Source: Antedon mediterranea
Lineage: Eukaryota; Animalia; Echinodermata
NCBI RefSeq assembly: GCF_964355755.1
Contig: NC_092676.1
Location: 21,594,871 to 21,658,870, forward strand
Direction of reading: 5' to 3'
DNA: 64,000 nucleotides
The translations under genes were made by a program, and so were the position numbers. This document shows positions 28,142-40,934 of this stretch, piece after piece. Every line of letters starts with the position of its first letter. Positions within the stretch are counted from its first letter, which is position 1. The notes below the pieces were generated by a model that ran no database searches, was not told the DNA's origin, and was given only the letters and a program-made list of their open reading frames with translations.

Positions 28142-28429
28142 CTATCAGTATCAAGTGGTAATTAGATATACAATATATGTTTTTTGTTCATTTTTAGACA
28201 TTTTTCGCCATTGGCGGCCATTTTGTTTAAAAAAACCTATTTTACCTACCTGGATTTTTCTAGACTTTTAGTATGTTCATATAGGGACCTTATAGAAATG
28301 CATTGTGGTGAAAAAAATTCTGTTGCAATTTTTTCAACCTTTTACTGATTCTGAGCATATCTTTCCTGTACTATTTAGGATCATGAAACTATGGAACAGT
28401 CAATATGGTTTTCTCCTTCCTCCATAATT

Positions 28430-29800
28430 AGTACATAATGCTAAAGGTTTCTTCCTTTAAATTCTTCACATTGGTCTGGCCAATGATCATTGGACTTGTA
28501 GATCCAACACTTAACAGTCCGTTTGATTGATTATCTGCGCTAAACTGATTTATCCGTATAGCAGTCTTCGCAGAAACAGTACCACTGGCAACTTGGCTGT
28601 TATTGCGGCGAGTGCTTGCACGAGTTTTCCCAAACACAGTATCATTTACTTCACGCTGCTGCTTTCATGATGAATGTGACAACATCTTTCAGTTTGGCGC
28701 TTTTATCACTATCCTCCTTTGATTTAATTTATAATTTTCTTGAGCCCACCTATCACTTTTTGTCAACACACACTACTAGCATCTAAAATGCTAAATACTT
28801 TTGGCATTTGGTAATTTTGTATACAGTACAGTATGTACCTCTCCTATTCTTTCATAAGGTAAAGTAATGCTGTTGTTCTAAAGCATCATTTAAGTTTTTT
28901 GGATGAACTGCTTTGTTCATGACTTCGAACTCTAATTCATAATACTTTATTTTCACAGAGTAGTAAAGTAGTATTACTTTACAAACTGGTTTTGTCTTTT
29001 CACCGGAATTACACTGAGCTCCTTATCAATTTATAATTTGAATATCTTATGTTTACTATCACTGTAATATGGATCTTGAAATTTACTGACCATTCTTTAG
29101 CATTACAGTATCATTTTTTTGTAATACATCCATTATTAGAACTCTTCATTAGTGCTTGTACTACTGTATCACTATGATTTACTGTAGTACTTCTATTTAC
29201 TCATACTTTTTACAGCAAATACAGTAGATTGTTTGTACTTTTCTGTATTCTTTTTTAAGTTTATTTATTTCATTCTTTTCTATCGCCTTAATGTTGCCCG
29301 TAATTTTTGTATTCTTCATCACACATCTTTCTTTGTAATGTCACTGGTTTTTGCTTCCTGGCATATTTCAACTGGTTTTTGTAATGTTAAATCATTTTCA
29401 CGAAGTAGCCTTTCAGTTTCACACTATCGCTTCTAATTCCTACTACAATTCTGTCCTTAAAACTATCAAGTAAGGTATCGAATTCACACGTCTTGGTTTA
29501 CTTCTTAAAGCGATTATGAATTTCTTCCTTCTGTATTCTTGTATTGAACTTATGCCGTTCATATTTTATATTTCTTTGGGGCTCAAAATGCGATTTAAAT
29601 TTCTGAAGAATTACCTCTACAGGTACATCTTTAGCATCTTTGTCTGTGTGTGTTAAATATGTCTAGCGCCTCCTTGCCTATCACATGCAATGAGTGTCTG
29701 GCTGGCTTTCTTCTATCTAGGCCACTAGCTGTAAAACTCGTCTGTTATATTACTACTGACATTTACTCCAGAGTGATTCTGGAGGTTTTAAGCCATTTAT
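28430..29800 (-). mobile_element. Decayed Gypsy gag(-protease) remnant
   Basis: Minus-strand VILQKFKSHFEPQRNIKYERHKFNTRIQKE (~29525-29620), typical of Gypsy gag; boundaries approximate. Confidence 0.6.
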
Positions 29801-30339
29801 TCTAACACATTCTTTATTAACTTCGTCATCTTTGATGTCTCTCTGTCTTCATGAGGTCTTGCTCAATGAAGCTTACAAACTATAGAGGGCTCATTCTACT
29901 TTACACTAAATTGTATTATGCTATCATTACAACTCCTGCCTCTACAATTTAGTATCTTTTCTTTTTCTCAATGCAACAATCTATTGTGGTCACTCTTACA
30001 CCCATTTATACCCCACATGACATCCCATTTACAATCAACTGTCCTATGTTTACCAAGACACTTAAAACACAATTTTTCTTCCTTTATACTGTAGTTGTAC
30101 AACTGTGACTGTTGTAAGTCTTAAATTTCTTTTAGTTTCTGTGTTTACTACTCGAAATTTACTACTCTTATTTGCCATAGCTGTGGTGCAAATATTCATC
30201 ACAAACATATTGCTGTTTACAGCAGCTTGACTCTCTACAAACTTTAACATATCCAACATATTAGGTTCTCTTTCATTAAATATTCAAGAACAATTGGGTT
30301 GTCAATTTATCGTCACATAAGCTTAATGAGCATGAGGAA

Positions 30340-31620
30340 TCAGTGCTCAACAAAGGCTTAAACTACAGTATGCTGTTCATCGCGATCGATTCCGGTAGTG
30401 GACTTGGAAGTGGTTTGTGACCGCCTCAGTCAGCAGGAGAAAGAGGACTTTAATACGATCTAGAGTAGACATGCGTTAAATGTCTTTACAAAGGACAATA
30501 ACATAGTTGTTCTGCCAGCTGACAAAAGGAAAATAACTGTTGTTTTAGACTCTGACAAATATGAGAAACAGGTCAATGTTTTGCTAAGTGACAGCAACAC
30601 CTATTCTAAGCTTAGTAAAGACCTTACTAAAACACTTACAGGAATTGTTTGCTTAAGCTTCTTAAGGAACTGAAAGAGAAAGGATTTATTGAATAATACT
30701 TGTATATGATTAACTAAGACCAATTGGTTGCGTGGTCCCGTGTATACAGTATAGGGGTTACCGAAAGTTCATAAAAACTATATTACCACGGAAAATCCAC
30801 CCACCATATTTTAAATTCGCAGGACTTTGTTTCCAAATTGAAAGACATTCGATTGTTGGACACTTGACATACAATTATCATACGGCATTACTGCCCTGTT
30901 TACAAGTGTACCTGTAGATGGGGAGATAGCAGTAGTTAAAGATCTTTTGTCAACGGATATTACCTGGAAGAAGAGGACATATTTAAACGCGAAAGAAGTT
31001 TTGATACGTGGGTGATACTTATGTAATTATCGAAAAATCCAAAGTTCAAGAATTTACTGATCATATTAACAGCCAGAATCCACACATAAAGTTCACCAAC
31101 AATCCTGTAAAAGACGGACAGTTGCCCTTTCTTGATACGCTTGTGAAAAGACAATCCGATGGGGGGTTAGAGGTCAGTGTGTATAGAAAACCAACTCACA
31201 CTGACCAATATCTGGCCTTTGACTCCCATCACCCACTACAGCACAAATTTAGTGTGATTAGGACTCTTTTTCATTGAGCTGATACTGTTGTTACACAACA
31301 AGTCGATAAAGACAATGAAATTAAACATGTTAAATCGGCATTAGAACGAAAAGAAGGAAAATATGGCAGGCTATTTATATTAAGAAAGAATCCAGTCCAA
31401 CCTTAAACAAAGACGGGGGCCATGAACTTTCAAAAGTCTATGAACTCTACTAGAAACACCGAGTAGGACACCATCTACTGTACGTCCAGAAGTAGGGAGT
31501 CAATCAGTCGTCAGTCAGCCAACACCCGCTGAGGACGGAGAATGGTTTCTCCTAAAATATTACGGAAATTTGTAAATAATGAGATTGAGTTTTGTAGAAC
31601 AGTATTAATCTTTTATTTTG
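30340..31620 (+). mobile_element. Decayed Penelope-like element (RT plus GIY-YIG tail plus pLTR)
   Basis: DNNIVVLPADK, GLPKVHK, LFTSVPVD, HINSQNPHIKFT, LPFLDTLV, VYRKPTHTDQYL, AIYIRK..LNKDGG. Confidence 0.88.
31525..31566 (+). ncRNA. Degenerate minimal hammerhead ribozyme in the Penelope pLTR
   Basis: ccg-CTGAGGA-c-GGAGAA-tggt-TTCTCC-taaaatatt-acgg; the expected GAAA core reads TAAA. Confidence 0.55.
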
Positions 31621-32692
31621 ATTAAAGTATTCCCTATGCAACAGTAGCCCATGGATTCTCAACAGATTGGAAGTACTGTTTAAATCATATCTGTACCTTA
31701 ATGTTACCTGACATTTTATCACTGACTAGTCCCCATAACTCTTCATTTTACCCTCATCAATCTGTTTTCTGTTTGTTAAACTTAAACATCAATGAGTTTA
31801 AAACTAGATAGGGCTGCCCAATTGATTTTTAAGAATCTCTAAAGCCTGCTTATAACCCTACGTTACTATACTGGCCTTTGCCTTTTTTTTTATATAACTG
31901 TAGAAGGTACTGGGTGTCATTTTGCATGATCTGAACTAACTTACTTGCTATTTATTTCAAAATTGTGTACAAATGCCCACTTCTTTGCTTCCTCAAATTG
32001 ATCTTCATCCTCCAAATCTATCATTTCCACCATCAACGCGTGTGGTTCTTCTACTGTTTAAAATACCTAGTTTGGGTTGTTTTCAAAATCAAGTCTTTTC
32101 TTAATTCAATGTCACAGTCTCTCTCCTTTTCCTCCTTCTGACACAAAATATTTAGTGTACTGTATTTATAGTCCTCGTTAATTGTCCTTTCCTATTTCTT
32201 AGTATTTTGAGATCTTTTTTACGTTTTCCATGTCTTCCATTTTTTAAAATTATGTATCTTTTCAACACTGTCCTGTATAGTTACTAATACTTTTGTATCG
32301 CTTATGTTACCTACATACAAACAGTTGATCTGCCTGCCGTGTGATGGTTGCACCCTTATTAGAAGCATTCACTCACGCTGGTTCGTTGCAACTAGGCTTA
32401 GCTAGCATTTTTTAGCCCTAATTTGTACTGTATTTAAATTATTCTAACCTCACTCTGCTACCATTTTTTTGTACTGAAGAAAACTCAAATAATTTGATAC
32501 GCTAGAACTTTTTGATATTTTATTCCTACACCAAAACGGCATTTTTACATGCTATATATATATAGCGCCCTCAATATTCCTCAGAACAAAGTACAAACAG
32601 TTTTTTAGTAATGATTTAATCATTTTTCAGGAACCACATTTTTCAGAAACAACAATAAAGGGAAACAATATTGTGATTTTCATTCTTTAAAT

Positions 32693-33078
32693 TCAATACT
32701 TGAGTTGTCAGATCTTTATTAGTGTCATGGACAAAATACATGGTTTTGTCAGTGATGAAGGCTTCTTTCTTCTATTGGCAAGTTCTACTTGAGTTGACAG
32801 ATCTTTGTTGGTGTCATAGACAACATACCTTTACCTTGCACAACACGTTGCAAGCTGTTCAAACTTCTCATCAACATTAGAATGTTGTTGTCAGCGATGG
32901 AAGGCTTCTTTCTTTTATTACAGGTTCTACTTGAGTTGGCAAATCTTTATTAGTGTCATCATGACAAAATTCCTTGCATTAAAAGTTCTTCAATCTTCTC
33001 ATTATCATCAGAATTGGTGTTGTCAGGATAGTCTGATTACTGTATATTGGTTGTACTTAAGTTGCAAGATCTTTATTC
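32693..33078. repeat. Diverged tandem repeat, ~4 copies
   Basis: tacttgagttg..agatcttt(a/g)tt(a/g)gtgtcat recurs near 32697, 32786, 32928 and 33054. Confidence 0.65.
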
Positions 33079-34869
33079 TAAAAAATGAAAATTAAACTTA
33101 CTGTACCTCTTTATCAAGTTTTACAAAATACACTTTTGTGATTGTCTGTGGTGTAACTTTTGCCCTCAGATATCCACTTGATTATATTTGAGTGTCTTTT
33201 CCCAGTAGTGATGCTGCAATCTTAGCATAATTTGGAATAAACTTTCGGAAGTACCCTGTATCTGTATCTGTAAAGTACAAACACCATCTCTGGTTATCAC
33301 GTACGTTGGTAAGGGTCATGTGCATAAATATTAATTTATAGCGAAGTGTGCTTTTTGGGAATTACTTTCGATGTCAGTTGGTCTTTAAAAGTGGCAATAT
33401 TTGGTCCAGTTCTAATGTTCCAGTCTAATTAATTCCACCCAGGAATTGTCTTTGGATGTTAAACAATAACAATCTTTTTTAGTTGCTATACTGTATGTTG
33501 TTGTTGTAGTTGTGATGTTATAATTCGTTGATTGGCAATATTCGTCGATGTTACATGGGGCAAGTCCTCTGGTTTCTTTGTGAATCGTAACAAGTCGCGA
33601 TTTTGTTCTACAAGTATATCATTTTTCTAATTTATAATTGTGGGTCCCAAAGCTGTGGTTTTGTCGATGCCATATGCTGCTATCACCACCTCGCTGCTGC
33701 TCTCGTCCACTAGTGTAACTTAATACCTCATTGCCTCCATCGTGGTATTCTAGTACACCCATCTGTTCCACATTGCTTCTTTATCGAGCAGTTTGCCACT
33801 ACAGTATATATGTCCTGTCTTTAGGCAGAAACATGCTGTTTTATCATGTTTACTCTGTCTTCAACTTTAAGTTCTACATGATCTGCACACCTGTGTTAAT
33901 ATTCTTAGCACTTCCATGCAATAAGCATGTTATACTTGGTATCCTCTGGATGTCTGCAGCTGCTTTACTGTAGGTGTTTGCCTCCGGCTAATTCTCTTGC
34001 ATTCTACGGCATACTCTACACTCTTTCTCTTGATGCTTAGTCTGCATTTTATTTTATTTTTTATTTATTCGCTCTCTCAAAATCTTAATTTTAATGTTAT
34101 AGATTTCACCTCCTTGTTTTATTTTTACTAAACTGATACTGGTACTGGTTCAAATAACCGTCTTACAGAGACATCCGGTAGCCATTGACTTTAATTGGGC
34201 ATTTGGATGTGTTACTTTTAAATGTACAGTATGAGAGTGACTACTACCAAATTGCACAGTCACAAAACAACTTATAAAACAGTTCATATATACAGTTAAA
34301 ACATTGCTGGGAATTATAAATTTCTGTTGAAGCAGGCTCCCATGAAGTTGCATCTAGTAAGTTGACTTTGTTGTACAACTCTATCAAGTACTGATGTCCG
34401 ATCCAGTTGAATTCTTCTAGCGGTTGACAGCCAGTAATTTTGTAGAGATCGTCATTATCAATTACGTAACGCCAGTCTATATAGTTTTCATCTGTTTCTT
34501 CATCTGAGGATATGTCTACATGGTTTGATGGGCAGACCCACCATTCCACTTTCCACTTTCTACCACATCAATGAACTCTTGTAATTTCTTTCTATCTCAT
34601 TCCTTGACTTCTTTTTTGTCTTCACTAATTATTGCTTCTTCCAATTTTCCATATCTCTCATCCAGTCTCTTCCCCATATTGTCATATGCATCTCCACTGG
34701 CCCTAGTGCAAATGCCAATTGATCTAGATTTGACTTCTCAAATATTGGCAACTCCATTCTCTTCAGTTTTAGTGTAGATAGTGTTACTGTCACATTATTG
34801 GCATTAACTGCTTGTGTACTTTCTCTAGGTTTATTTTCTTGGTATGCTAGTGCAATCTTTATTGATTTT

Positions 34870-35365
34870 TATCTAAGATAAGGTAAGATAAATCTTTATT
34901 TTCATGAACACAACAAGGCAAACATGAAATTTGTTTTCCTTGATGCTTAAAAACACATACAATATATAAAACATTTAAAAATATCAATACAATACATTAA
35001 AACTACTGTATATTAGTAAAATTTTAATAGCAGTTTTCATAGTACGGTCAAGTTTCTTTTATTACTAGTACTCAGACTATTGTACCAAACAACACAGTTG
35101 AAAGTTGCAACACTAAGAATATCATTATTCACTTTGAAAGAGTTCAGCTTTCTGAGATAAGAAGGTACAGCCGTTGATTAGATTTTTTAACAGTTAATAC
35201 AGTATTTGCATTCCAGTTTAATTCACAATCTACCGTTGTTTCTAAATATTTATGTTCTTTTACAGTTTCTATCTTTTGGTCATTTTATATAATAATAATA
35301 TCAATAACTCTTTTCTTTTTTCTGAAATCAAAAATTAATTCTTTGGTCTTATTCGCGTTTAAAGT
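34870..35365 (-). mobile_element. LINE 3' fragment (Rex/Babar- or L2-like)
   Basis: LNANKTKELIFDFRKK..IETVKEHKYL; (TAAGA)n-type tail similar to that at 61666. Confidence 0.65.
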
Positions 35366-35979
35366 CATTTGTGTACAGAGGGAAAACAACAGGAGAAAGA
35401 ACACATCCCTGGGGGACACCAGTGTACTGTTAGTGTCATAAATTCTGTTTTTACACCTTTCCATCCATCTTCTTCTTCAAACTCAGTTTCTTCTTCTATC
35501 TTTTTAAGAAGCTCTCCATAACTCTCTTCAACTGCTTCAAACAATTCTTTGTATTTTGGATTTTTTTGACTGAGGAGTTCCATTTCACTGTCTTTCTCTT
35601 GATTTTTCCACGCTCTCAGTGCTCTGGTAAGAGTTTCCTTTTTGTTCTTTCTAATAATCTCAAAAATATTGGCTGCAATAACTCTCTAGGTAAAATTTCT
35701 TAAAATGTTGTTATACTCGTAGAATCCTAACTTCTGTCAATGACTATGCTCTCAGGATGCAGAATTTTCGGGCTCATTGTAGATTATTAAAACACAATTT
35801 ATTCAAACAACGTTTGAAAACTGGAACAATTAACAAACAAACAAAAGGCAAAAACATGTGATCGTCTACATACTGTATATGTCCTTGGTGGAGGTAAATA
35901 ACACACACAAAAAAAAACAATCATTATTCAATTACCACAAAGATTATTGTGCCCTCAATACAATTTGCCTGTTCATAAG

Positions 35980-38900
35980 AAAGACTGTGGAATTGGACAC
36001 TTATTTATCCGATGAGGAAAGTGATGTAGAAGACGATGTTGCAACAGAAAGGGGGCAAAGAGGAGGAAATTTAACATGGTATGTTTGTAAGCCACTGTGT
36101 GTAGCATGGGCTCCGTCCTAAGGGCCTATGTTACATTTTTTATAATAGTGTAAAACAGTCTTAAAATCCTCCTTATTGCTGTTTTTCAAATGAAATAATG
36201 TTAATACTGTGTTTACTAAGTACTGTTATGTGTAGCATTTTTACAATTGGGATTCCACCTGACTGTATCAAACAAAACCATCATTAAATAAATAATCACG
36301 GCCATATAGGCCTTATAGGCTATGTGTGTGGTCATCAATAGGAAGGTGACCTGAAAGAAATTTTGTTTTGGATCTTAACTGTTGATTTTACTAGTACTTT
36401 GATTATATTTTACCATTGATGCATCAACTTCAATTCCTTCCTTATCTAAGGTTGCCTGGCATCTTTTCAAACTCTCCAATTCCATGGCATTTGTCTGTCT
36501 GTCATTACTATGTTTGATTGTATAGTTAATTTTTATTCTGTTATATGTTAATATGGCAGTGATGTATGATATAGTGGAAATCAAAAACAATATTTCACTT
36601 GAACTACAGTACAGTAGCTGTGTATCCAGGTTAATTATTGTGTATGATCCATATTTGGCAGAATGATCAGGTCACACCTGCCATCTCCTCTAATAGTTAT
36701 TGTGTACAGTACCTCTACACGAATCAAGTGCCATTTGCCGTTCTCGGTTCTAAACATGTGATAGACGGAATTAGATATTCATGTTGTAAACGAAAAAAAT
36801 GTCCTTTTAGTGAAGCATAACAAGTTCAGATGTTTAAATACAAAACAAAACTATCTTCTCTGGACTCCTTCCACTGAATAGTGTACCCGTAGTTGCAGCC
36901 ATGCATACATTACCATGTGCCATTTTTCCAGCATGAGCTGCAACCCCCATGTCTGTAAAATGGTTTTGTTCACACTCAGCGGAGAACTCCGCCGCACATC
37001 CACTCTTTGCGGCCATCTTTACCAGTGTAGTTGCATTGCAAGTATTGCACTTTGAAAGAAGTTCACGGATGCAATGATTCATAAACAATGAATTTGTGTT
37101 CACGATGAGGTTCAGCATGAGATGATAGGTAGTTGTCACAATCATCCTCATCATATTCATCTTCTCCTGTCTCAAAGTCATCGTCATCGTCTGGCTCGTA
37201 ATCATCACTTGAGCAATCACCTGATTCCGATGACGATGACAAATTGTTGCTTTAAAAATGTTAATTCAAATTTATCCTGGCCATTAATCTTTAATTAACT
37301 CAATGGATTACATCAGCACCCACCCGCCATTTAGGAGTATTAGCAACTTTTCTTTATCATTTCTGACTTGACAGGATTCAATATATTGCTCCATTCTTAT
37401 TTTCCACGAATGTAAATTCCTTGGCGTGCCATTCTATTTGGGTGGAGGCAAGCCTGGTAACTTTATTGGGTGCCTGGTGTCACTTGTTCCTAGTTTTTCT
37501 GTCAAGGCTTTTATGAGTTGTGTTAGTTCACTTGTATAAGTTAGGGGTTCTCTTTCTTCTTGGACAATACGTTCAAATTGTTTCTAGAATCTTGCTTCTA
37601 CATCATCGATTGTGTGGAACACCGCCGCACATCCATTCTTTTCGGCTATCTTCACCAGTGTAGTTGCATTGCAAGTATTGCACTTTGAAAGAAGTTCACG
37701 GATGCAATGATTCATAAACAATGAATTTGTGTTCACGATGAGGTTCAGCATGAGATGATAGGTAGTTGTCACAATCATCCTCATCATATTCATCTTCTCC
37801 TGTCTCAAAGTCATCGTCATCGTCTGGCTCGTAATCATCACTTGAGCAATCACCTGATTCCGATGACGATGACAAATTGTTGCTTTAAAAATGTTAATTC
37901 AAATTTATCCTGGCCATTAATCTTTAATTAACTCAATGGATTACATCAGCACCCACCCGCCATTTAGGAGTATTAGCAACTTTTCTTTATCATTTCTGAC
38001 TTGACAGGATTCAAAATATTGCTCCATTCTTATTTTCCACGAATGTAAATTCCTTGGCGTGCCATTCTATTTGGGTGGAGGCAAGCCTGGTAACTTTATT
38101 GGGTGCCTGGTGTCACTTGTTCCTAGTTTTTCTGTCAAGGCTTTTATGAGTTGTGTTAGTTCACTTGTGTAAGTTAGGGGTTCTCTTTCTTCTTCTTCTT
38201 GGACAATACGTTCAAATTGTTTCTAGAATCTTGCTTCTACATCATCGATTGTGTGGAACACCGCCGCACATCCATTCTTTTCGGCTATCTTGACCAGTGT
38301 ACAGTAGTTGCATTGCAAGTATTGCACTTTGAAAGAAGTTCACGGATGCAATGATTCATAAACAATGAATTTGTGTTCACGATGAGGTTCAGCATGAGAT
38401 GATAGGTAGTTGTCACAATCATCCTCATCATATTCATCTTCTCCTGTCTCAAAGTCATCGTCATCGTCTGGCTCGTAATCATCACTTGAGCAATCACCTG
38501 ATTCCGATGATTATCAACAAATTGTTGCTTTAAAAATGTTAATTCAAATTTATCCTCCATTAATCTTAAAACTCAATGGACTTACATCAGCACCCACCCG
38601 CCATTCAGTAGTATTACCAACTTTTCTTTATCATTTCTGACTTGACAGGATTCAAAATATTGCTCCATTCTTATTTTCCACGAATGTAAATTCCTTGGCG
38701 TGCTATTCTATTTGGGTGGAGGCAAGCCTGGTAACTTTATTGGGTGCCTGGTGTCACTTGTTCCTAGTTTTTCTGTCAAGGCTTTTATGAGTTGTGTTAG
38801 TTCACTTGTGTAAGTTAGGGGTTCTCTTTCTTCTTCTTGGACAATACGTTCAAATTGTTTCTAGAATCTTGCTTGTACATCATCGATTGTGTGGAACACC

Positions 38901-39440
38901 GCCGCACATCCATTCTTTTCGGCTATCTTCACCAGTGTAGTTGCATTGCAAGTATTGCACTTTGAAAGAAGTTCACGGATGCAATGATTCATAAACAATG
39001 AATTTGTGTTCACGATGAGGTTCAGCATGAGATGATAGGTAGTTGTCACAATCATCCTCATCATATTCAACATCTTCTCAAAGTCATTTTCTGGCTCGTA
39101 ATCATCACTTGAGTAATCACCCAATTCCGATGACGATGACAAAGATTAGGGTCGGACTCAGAGTTTGGTAAATTTTCTGGAATTTCTGCTGGTGATTCAG
39201 TTAAAATTGTGTTTATATCACTTATTGGGGTTTGCATTGATTTGGTGTTGAATAAGTTGCCTGGCTTGGTTTGCACATATCTTGATTTAACAATACATGT
39301 ATATGATATTGACAAGCTAGGGGCAGCAATATCCTGTATTTCGGCCTCGACAGGTACTGGTGCAAGTTTACTCCTGCTTTCAAACAAAGAAGTTTGTATC
39401 ACACTGTTGGTGATACCCAGCTCTCTGCTGCAAGCAAGTC
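35980..39440 (-). mobile_element. Decayed Kolobok-type transposon (DDE transposase on minus, accessory-gene exon on plus)
   Basis: GDGRCD..HSAKYGSYT (36636-36688), AMELESLKRCQ, GNVCMAA..LFSG, LLSKCNTC; convergent plus-strand exon ending RGGNLTW|gt (~35980-36078). Confidence 0.65.
36989..39140. repeat. ~636-bp tandem repeat, ~3.4 near-identical copies
   Basis: ccgccgcacatcc at 36989, 37622, 38261 and 38899; repeated translations in the ORF track. Confidence 0.95.
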
Positions 39441-40444
39441 AATAATTTCTTACTTTCTCCCCTCTTTATACACTTAGCCAGAATACTTTGTTACCATTCA
39501 ATTGTCTCACAATTAGAATAATGATTTTCTTTCTTGTCTCTTGCTCCTATTTTACATTTACAAAAAAAAAACAATGTGTCATAAAATAAAAGTCATATGA
39601 GGTTCTTAAATTCTTAGTAGGTGGGTCAGTATGGTTACTGCTTTGATGGGACTTTTTTTTTCAATCCTTTCCAATTTGTCATTTTTTGTAGAAGGACCTA
39701 CAGCTAAAAAGGGTTGATTGAATCTGTCGCTCTTATTCTTGGCGAACATGTCTACACTGGTGCCAACTATAAAAACAGGAATGACATTACTGTATATAAA
39801 AGTATGAACAATAACAATATTATAACTAACCACATTTGGCAAATGCACTGTAAGTGTGAATTGAATCAATTTCTTTAGGCTACAAGAGATGACTCAATCA
39901 TTGTTACTGCGTCTTAGAATGCAATACTGTTTACTACACCTAGGCTGTGCACGAAAATGTTCTGGTTACATGTTTCCACGCCCGAAAGTCTTCAAATGTT
40001 ATCACTTACGATCTCCACCATCCTCAAACATTTTAAGAATGCCAACAACCACATTTGCATTGGTTTGATCCTTTGCGTACTTTAATATTGGTTCTAAAAG
40101 AAACCTTCCATCTAGATAAAAATCCATCTGAACTGGCATCTCTATATTTAATATTAAAATCAAGATTTATCTATGGAAAAACAATAAAAGGCAAGTGCAA
40201 TATGTGTATGTTGTTATTGTGTTAAATTACGGTGTATGGCCAAGCGTTAAGGCTCCACGCCACAAACCATAGCTCACTATCTCCAATATTCTGGTGTTAG
40301 GACCAAATTTTCTCGGATAAGGATTAAACCTTAGGTCCAGTATACACACACTGCTTGTGTGTACTTTAAGAACCTAGTACATCTTTCTAAAAAGAATAGA
40401 GGGTTACCCTGGTGTACTACACTATTGACAATTACTTGTAACAT

Positions 40445-40900
40445 TTACAGTAAATTACTGGCAGCTGATAGTCGGACCAAAATGTTGTCTCGGCTAGTTT
40501 CAATTTCTCTTCTTACAATTCCAGCAATTCCAGTCGTGGAATTGATATGTTCTCCTATAGCGTAGCTTACGTCAACATCATTGTTTCTCAATGTTGTTCT
40601 GAAATATGGTACCGCTGCATAACCTTTCTCCGAACTGTACATGTGCAGTTGGGTGTTCACAGCTACTTCTAACTTCATCCAATGAGGAACTTTAACATAC
40701 TGTAGGTTGGAGATACTTGAGGTCCACTGGTTCCAGATGTCCACTCTACCTTTCTCTAGTTGTTCGTCCTATTCAGAACCTCGCCTACATACTGTCTGGA
40801 GTTGTGACTTCGCAAACAAATGACGTCAGTTGCTCTTATGCCGATTGCATCTACTGTCTTGCTGTTTTCCGCAGTCTGTCAGATTTGTTTTTGTAAGCTT
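40445..40900 (-). mobile_element. BEL/Pao RNase H (A17) fragment
   Basis: W..W...ISNL..VKVPHW...QLHMYSSEKGYAAVPYFR (compare QLHxFxDASExGYAAVxYLR). Confidence 0.7.
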
Positions 40901-40934
40901 GCCAGCCTTCTGCATTGCAGGAAGATCTTCATCT

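Larger units (their letters stand above)
21746..28373 (+). mobile_element. Academ (AcademX-type) transposon, internally deleted, carrying nested inserts
   Basis: TAGTACAGGAAA..TTTCCTGTACTA ends with 3-bp TSD TTT; ~370-bp diverged TIRs (21746-22110 vs 25928-26113 plus 28142-28373); transposase remnants GCDTTSHLFGIGK (25391-25429) and IPPTTNAAKCHSLRVYY..VQQW..PTDWG (25620-25720). Confidence 0.8.
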
